Of a stretch of 64,000 bases of DNA, positions 59,076-64,000 are shown piece after piece. The first letter of the stretch is position 1. Every line of letters begins with the position of its first letter. Below the pieces are notes generated by a model that was not told the origin of the DNA, did not search any database, and saw only the letters and a program-made list of their open reading frames with translations. Both the position numbers and the translations under genes were made by a program. Location of the stretch: positions 1,536,001-1,600,000 of the forward strand of contig CBDDFZ010000001.1 in assembly GCA_965227515.1 (NCBI GenBank), written 5' to 3'. The stretch comes from Alphaproteobacteria bacterium (GTDB lineage: Bacteria > Pseudomonadota > Alphaproteobacteria > CALKHQ01).

Positions 59076-59837
59076 ATGACCATAATCGCGCGTATGGCGG
59101 TTGCGGCCGGCGGACTGGCCATTGCAGCCGCTTCGTCCGGGGCCGCCCAGGCTGACACCGTCTACAGCCGTTACGAGCTGCTGCTGGGCGGCACGCCGGC
59201 GGCAAAGCTGGAAACCGAGATCACGATCAATGGCGGCGACTATCGCGTCGCCGCGCAGGCCGAACTGACAGGCGGCTACGCCGTCATGGCGGACTGGGAC
59301 CTGACGGTGCGCACCGTTGGTCTCGTGCAGGGCGAATCCTTGCTGCCGCTGGACCACTACAAGGTTTCCGACGGCGGGGACCGGTGGGTGCAGATCAACT
59401 ATGCCGATGGCCTGGTGACCAATCTGGACTACCGCCCGTCGTCGCTGACCGTCGACGTTCAGGGCCTGTCGCAGGAGACGATCGACACCGCCATCGACCC
59501 GTTGACCGCCATCGCGATGCTGTCGCGGCAGGTGGGCGAGACCGGCAATTGCAGCGCCACGGCCTGGATTTTCGATGGCCGCAAGTATTTCGAGGCGACC
59601 GTCACCCACGGCGGACAGACCACGCCGCCGGCCGGCGACTACAGTGGCAGCGCCTACCGGTGCGTCCTTCAACTGGACGACGCTTCGCCCTATGGCCGGG
59701 TCGACGACGATCCCAACCGTTTCGACCTCTGGATCGCCCAGCCGGTGGCGGGCGCGCCCTACGTGCCAGTGGTGATCGACACCCGTGTCGGCTGGGGTTC
59801 GGTGCGGGTCGTGCTGCTGAACGCGCGTTCGAGCTGA
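59076..59837 (+). CDS. DUF3108-like exported protein
   Basis: signal peptide, IDPLTA, IFDGRK; paralog of 32031-32822. Confidence 0.7.
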   Translation: MTIIARMAVAAGGLAIAAASSGAAQADTVYSRYELLLGGTPAAKLETEITINGGDYRVAAQAELTGGYAVMADWDLTVRTVGLVQGESLLPLDHYKVSDGGDRWVQINYADGLVTNLDYRPSSLTVDVQGLSQETIDTAIDPLTAIAMLSRQVGETGNCSATAWIFDGRKYFEATVTHGGQTTPPAGDYSGSAYRCVLQLDDASPYGRVDDDPNRFDLWIAQPVAGAPYVPVVIDTRVGWGSVRVVLLNARSS

Positions 59838-60000
59838 TGTGAGATCAGGTCGGCCGCGGCAGACCAACATCGGGGCTTGAGGAGGTGTAGATGGGCTAAC
59901 GGCCCTTGTTTGGTGGCGTGCATGAGTGGTCGTCCCTCAAGATGTCGGTGTCATACACGGAGTCGGGTTTGCCGCTCCAAGACATCGAGGAGAGACGACC

Positions 60001-61038
60001 ATGAACTACTATGCCGGGATTGACGTTTCTTTGGAATGGTCATCGGTGTGCGTTGTTGACGGCGCGGGCGGGATTGTCTGCGAGGCTCGTATTGCGAGCA
60101 CGCCGGCGGGTTTGTTGTTGTGGTTTGGGTCTTTGGGGATTTCGGTTGAGCGGATTGGTCTTGAGGCGGGGCCGTTGTCGCAATGGCTTGTGCGGGGATG
60201 TAGCGAGGGCGGTCTTTCGGTTGAGTTGCTGGAGACGCGTCATGTTGCGCGAGCGCTTTCGACGATGCCGGTGAAGTCGGACCGCTCGGACGCACGCGGG
60301 ATTGCTCAGCTGATGCGTGTGGGCTGGTTTCGTCCGGTTCACTGCAAGTCTTTGGCGGCCCAGGAGATGCGGGCCCTTTTGAAGGGTCGCGACCAGCTCC
60401 GCGCGAAGCTGCACGATCTTGAGATGCACCTTCGTGGTCAGCTGCGGAACTTCGGGCTGAAGGTAGGGCACACCACCAGGCGCAGCTTTTCGACACGTAT
60501 TTCGGAGCTTGTGGCGGGGCATCCGGTACTGGAGGCGGGGGCGCTGCTGTCGGCACGCGATGGCCTGTTGCTATCGTTCACGGCGCTGGACCGGCAGGTC
60601 CGGGCGGCGGCGCAGGCCGACGATCGCGCTCGCCTGCTGATGACGGTGCCGGGCGTGGGGAGCATTGTCGGACTGACCTACTTGTCGGGAGTGGACGACC
60701 CCGGGCGGTTTGCCTCGTCGCGCCTGGTGGGTGCGCACTTCGGCCTGACGCCGACCAAGCGCCAGTCGGGCGAGAGCGAGGTGATGGGGCGGATATCGAA
60801 GGTAGGGGACGCCGATGTGCGCTCGGCCCTCTATGAGGCGGCACACGTGGCTCTGACCCGGCCGATCGAGGGCGGCTGGCTGAAGAGCTGGGCGATGAAG
60901 CTGGCCAGGCGTGCGGGCATGAGGAAGGCGAAGGTCGCGCTGGCGCGCCGGCTCGCCGTGATCATGCACCGGATGTGGGTTGACGGCACACCGTTCAACC
61001 ATGCCGGACCGGTGCGCCCGGCGATGGCGACAGCATGA
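60001..61038 (+). CDS. IS110 family recombinase
   Basis: GIDVS, GLEAG, KSDRSDA (DEDD), VPGVG, GLTP...QSG, ISKVGD. Confidence 0.95.
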   Translation: MNYYAGIDVSLEWSSVCVVDGAGGIVCEARIASTPAGLLLWFGSLGISVERIGLEAGPLSQWLVRGCSEGGLSVELLETRHVARALSTMPVKSDRSDARGIAQLMRVGWFRPVHCKSLAAQEMRALLKGRDQLRAKLHDLEMHLRGQLRNFGLKVGHTTRRSFSTRISELVAGHPVLEAGALLSARDGLLLSFTALDRQVRAAAQADDRARLLMTVPGVGSIVGLTYLSGVDDPGRFASSRLVGAHFGLTPTKRQSGESEVMGRISKVGDADVRSALYEAAHVALTRPIEGGWLKSWAMKLARRAGMRKAKVALARRLAVIMHRMWVDGTPFNHAGPVRPAMATA

Positions 61039-61039
61039 T

Positions 61040-61275
61040 GGCCGCGGCATAAGGAGAACCGACACACGAGCTTCGACGGGCACCGACACCGGCCCGTCGA
61101 GCGCCGTCCCGCGCCGGGACGATGGATCAGGTCAGGCCGCCATCCGGGATGTCGCCTCGCATGAGAGCACGCTTCCGTAGATTGGACCGACCGATCCTCG
61201 CATATCCATCTTGGCGGCGGCCCTGCGCCGACCCCGTACAGAAGCATGACCCAGGCGCCGGGACGACGAAAAAGG
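61040..61275 (+). ncRNA. Putative bridge/seek RNA
   Basis: segments matching target (ccatccggg, cgtag) and donor junction (ccatctt, tacagaag); boundaries approximate. Confidence 0.7.
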
Positions 61276-61302
61276 GATTGACCAACAATGGCCCGTTACA
61301 GA

Positions 61303-61386
61303 AGCCCGGATGGAGCGAAGCGCAATCCGGGGAACTCTGAGGTGAAGGTATGTCCCCGGGTTGCACTTCGTTCCACCCGGGCTACG
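61303..61386. repeat. GTAG REP inverted pair, family F (left copy interrupted by IS110)
   Basis: [gt]agcccggatggagcgaagcgcaatccggg ... cccgggttgcacttcgttccacccgggctac. Confidence 0.8.
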
Positions 61387-61413
61387 ACTGAATCCGCGTA
61401 AGCCGATCCCGAT

Positions 61414-61836
61414 CTAGTCGTCGCGCTGCAAGCGCTCCATGCGCTCGTGGCGCTCCTGCGCCTCCAAGCTCAACGTGGCGATCGGCCGCGCCTCCAGGCG
61501 GCGCAGCGAGATCGGCTCCTGGGTCACTTCGCAATAGCCGTACGACCCGTCCTCGATACGCCGGAGCGCGGCATCGATCTTGGAGATCAGCTTGCGCTGG
61601 CGGTCGCGGGTGCGCAGCTCGATGGCGCGGTCGGTTTCCTTGGTCGCCCGGTCGGAAAGATCGGGCTCGGCCATGCTCTCGCCTTGCAGGCTGCGGATCG
61701 TATCGCTCGATTCCTGGAGCAATTCCGCCCGCCATTGCAACAGCTTGGCACGGAAATATTCCCGCTGGCGCCCGTTCATGAACTCCTCATCATCCGATGG
61801 GCGATAGTTGTCATCGATGATGATCTGGTCGTTCAT
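61414..61836 (-). CDS. dksA: RNA polymerase-binding protein DksA
   Basis: EEFMN, D..DRA, RDRQRKLISKI, YGYCE, RLEARP. Confidence 0.95.
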   Translation of the reverse strand: MNDQIIIDDNYRPSDDEEFMNGRQREYFRAKLLQWRAELLQESSDTIRSLQGESMAEPDLSDRATKETDRAIELRTRDRQRKLISKIDAALRRIEDGSYGYCEVTQEPISLRRLEARPIATLSLEAQERHERMERLQRDD

Positions 61837-62049
61837 TGTCAAGCCGGGCCCCACCTCTGCTCCCCACAGCAACCGGCGGCTATATATCAACGCCGCCACG
61901 ATGCCGCAAGCGCTCAGCACACCTTCGTGCGCGCTCCATGCGCGATGGCAACACCTTGAATTAAATGGACTTTGAATTGGGCCGGCTTGCAGTGCCGATT
62001 CAGCGGAAGCCGATCCTGGCCTAGGTCGGGATCAGCTTACGCTGAATCT

Positions 62050-62132
62050 GCGCCAGCCCTCTCCCCCACCCGGCCGCCCAATCAGGATACTGCCGTGGGT
62101 GGCCGGGTGGGGGAGAGGGCCGGTGCCGACTT
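62050..62132. repeat. REP-like long hairpin, family D
   Basis: copy of 26388-26471. Confidence 0.85.
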
Positions 62133-62145
62133 AAACGATCATGCT

Positions 62146-62574
62146 CTAGTCGCGCTCGTACTTCGCCAGTTCCACCCTGGCGCGCAACTCGATCTGGTCC
62201 AGAACCGCGGTCAGGCCGGGGTCGTCGGTGTGCGACCGCCGCGCCGACACCATGTCGGCGAGCCGATGCAACTGGCCGACGCTCAGGGTTCCGGCCAGCA
62301 GGCCCTCGCGCAACTCGTCCAAGGCGTCCAGGACGTCCTGGCCCTGGCGGGCCGCCTTGCGGTTCTGTTCGGTCGCGTCAGGCACCGCCTGAACCGCGAC
62401 GACGGAAGATACCGCGGCCAGCGAAGATGCTGCGTCGATGGCCGGCAGCGACGACGGCCCGTCGACGCCGGCGGCGGCCATGCTGTCGGAAAAGCGGGCC
62501 GAGGTGCCGCGCGTCTTGGCGGCCGGCTTGGGCGCAACGGCGGCTGAGGCCTGGCTGACGCGGTTGATCTTCAT
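62146..62574 (-). CDS. fliX: Flagellar trans-acting factor FliX
   Basis: G..VLDALDELR.GLL.G, IELRARVELAK; lies between dksA and flgI. Confidence 0.88.
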   Translation of the reverse strand: MKINRVSQASAAVAPKPAAKTRGTSARFSDSMAAAGVDGPSSLPAIDAASSLAAVSSVVAVQAVPDATEQNRKAARQGQDVLDALDELREGLLAGTLSVGQLHRLADMVSARRSHTDDPGLTAVLDQIELRARVELAKYERD

Positions 62575-62725
62575 GCCGTGAGATGGTCCTGGGCGACGAT
62601 CATGGGTGACGATGGAGCGCCGGGTCCGCTTGGCACCGGTCGCATGGGGCGCGATAGCCGGCTCTCCCGTCACCTGCTAACTGCGCCCAAAATGGTTTGC
62701 GCGGCGTTAACGCCAGCGAAACCAT

Positions 62726-62840
62726 GGGCAGCTTTTGCCGCGCCCCTGGCACAACCTGCCGTGCACCCCCTGCAATGCCCGGCAAATGCCAACGAAAAAG
62801 CCCGGTATTCCGCCAATTCCCGCTGGCACGCGCTTCGCTA
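62726..62840 (+). promoter_or_regulatory. Sigma54 promoter with FlbD ftr-like enhancers for flgI
   Basis: TGGCAC-N5-TCGC at 62824; upstream GGCA-N-TGCC sites (ggcagcttttgcc, ggcacaacctgcc, ggcaaatgcc). Confidence 0.6.
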
Positions 62841-62887
62841 GTGGAATGGCGCCGCCAGAAAAGACGCGGCCGAACTGCAGGATCAAG

Positions 62888-64000
62888 ATGACCCACATCG
62901 CTACCACATTCGATGCCCCGCTGCCCTCCGGCCGGACCCGCTGGCTCGGGCGGGTGCTGACGGCCCTGGCCGCGGCGACCATGGCATTGGCCTCCGGCTG
63001 GCCCGTTCCGGCGGACGCCGCGCGGATCAAGGACATCGTCGAGTTCGAGGGCGTGCGCGACAACATGCTGGTCGGCTACGGCATCGTGGTCGGCCTGGAT
63101 GGCACTGGCGACAGCCTCCAGAACTCGCCGTTCACCGAGCAGAGCCTGGTCGGCATGCTGGAGCGCCTGGGCATTTCCGTGCGCAACGCCAATCTCAGGA
63201 CCGCCAATATCGCCGCCGTAATGGTGACGGCGACCCTGCCGCCGTTCTCGCGCCAGGGCAGCCGCATCGACATCACCGTGAGTTCGCTGGGCGACGCCAC
63301 CAGCCTGTCCGGCGGCACCCTGCTGGTCACCCCGCTGTTGGGCGCGGACGGCGAGGTCTATGCGGTCGGCCAGGGGCCGATCCAGGTCGGCGGCTTCGTC
63401 GCCCAGGGCGACGCCGAGACCGTTACCCGCGGCGTGCCGACCACCGGCGAGATCGCCAACGGCGCCATCATCGAGCGCGAGATCGGGTTCGAGCTCGCCG
63501 AGCTCGGCGTGGTCCGCATGGCGCTGCGCAACCCCGACTTCACCACCGCACGCCGGCTGGCCAACGTGATCAACGCCAACATCGGCGGCGGCGTGGCGCG
63601 CGCCATCGACCCGACCACTGTCGTGGCCGACATTCCGGGCCGCTACAACGGCGACATCGTCGCTTTCATCGGCGACATCGAGCAGCTCGACGTCCAGCCC
63701 GATCAGGTCGCCCGCGTGGTGATCGACGAATCGACCGGCGTCATCGTCATCGGCAACGACGTGCGCATCAGCACCGTCGCCATCGCCCAGGGCAACCTGA
63801 CCATCCGGGTGACCGAGACGCCCCAGGTCGACCAGGCCCAGCCGCTGGCCCCGAATGGCGAGACAGTGGTGGTGCCGAACACCAACATCGTGGTCGACGA
63901 CGACGCCGACCGCCGGCTGGCCCTGTTGCAGGACACCATTTCGCTGGAAGAGCTGGTCAACGGCCTGAATGCCCTGGGCCTGGGGCCGCGCGACCTGATT
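62888..64000 (+). CDS. flgI: Flagellar P-ring protein (3' partial)
   Basis: ARIKDI, GVRDN.LVGYGIVVGL.GTGD, AAVMVTATLPPF, LRNPDFTTA. Confidence 0.95.
   Translation, partial: MTHIATTFDAPLPSGRTRWLGRVLTALAAATMALASGWPVPADAARIKDIVEFEGVRDNMLVGYGIVVGLDGTGDSLQNSPFTEQSLVGMLERLGISVRNANLRTANIAAVMVTATLPPFSRQGSRIDITVSSLGDATSLSGGTLLVTPLLGADGEVYAVGQGPIQVGGFVAQGDAETVTRGVPTTGEIANGAIIEREIGFELAELGVVRMALRNPDFTTARRLANVINANIGGGVARAIDPTTVVADIPGRYNGDIVAFIGDIEQLDVQPDQVARVVIDESTGVIVIGNDVRISTVAIAQGNLTIRVTETPQVDQAQPLAPNGETVVVPNTNIVVDDDADRRLALLQDTISLEELVNGLNALGLGPRDLI

Larger units (their letters stand above)
59889..61304 (+). mobile_element. IS110 family (IS1111-type) element inserted in a GTAG REP
   Basis: AG core at both ends, imperfect subterminal IRs at 59897-59914 and 61281-61298, DEDD recombinase, long 3' non-coding end. 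Confidence 0.88.

Noticed and set aside
61414-61836. DksA lacking the four-Cys zinc finger
   Set aside because: Normal for alphaproteobacterial DksA.
240-63960. Many long overlapping or antisense ORFs in the track (e.g. 2620-4476, 33702-35369, 46868-48781)
   Set aside because: Arg/Pro/Ala-rich shadow frames of real genes, typical of high-GC DNA; no motifs.
1-64000. CRISPR array or cas genes
   Set aside because: No run of identical repeats with unique spacers; the repeats found are palindromic pairs or coding repeats.

Overview
High-GC alphaproteobacterial (Rhodospirillales-like) chromosomal window. Core genes: prolyl oligopeptidase, zinc-ribbon protein-ftsE-ftsX-plsC, chaC, glyQ, gshA, rsmE, trpB2, dksA, fliX, flgI, tRNA-Val(CAC) and tRNA-Arg(CCG). 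Accessory content: an arsR-arsC-aquaporin operon; a ~14.5 kb GntR-regulated catabolic cluster (sugar-type ABC, SDR, hydrolase, ALDH, aminotransferase, enolase, pxpA/pxpB-like); an IS5/IS427 element; an IS110/IS1111 element; and at least seven REP-like palindrome families. Most notable observations: (1) the IS110 element sits inside a GTAG REP, and its 3' non-coding end contains four short segments matching both sides of the target and of the donor junction, i.e. a readable candidate bridge/seek RNA; (2) a LapG-type protease is paired with a membrane PAS/HD-GYP protein that has lost its catalytic residues; (3) two integrase-less cassettes are bounded by direct repeats (at tRNA-Arg, with an oriT-like palindrome plus Zn-motif and trypsin-like genes, and in the aquaporin 3' end); (4) there is a barnase-like orphan, an unannotated 46-aa secreted peptide, a pseudo-histidine kinase and an oriC-like DnaA-box/AT-rich site. 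All calls come from reading the sequence by eye; no database searches were run.
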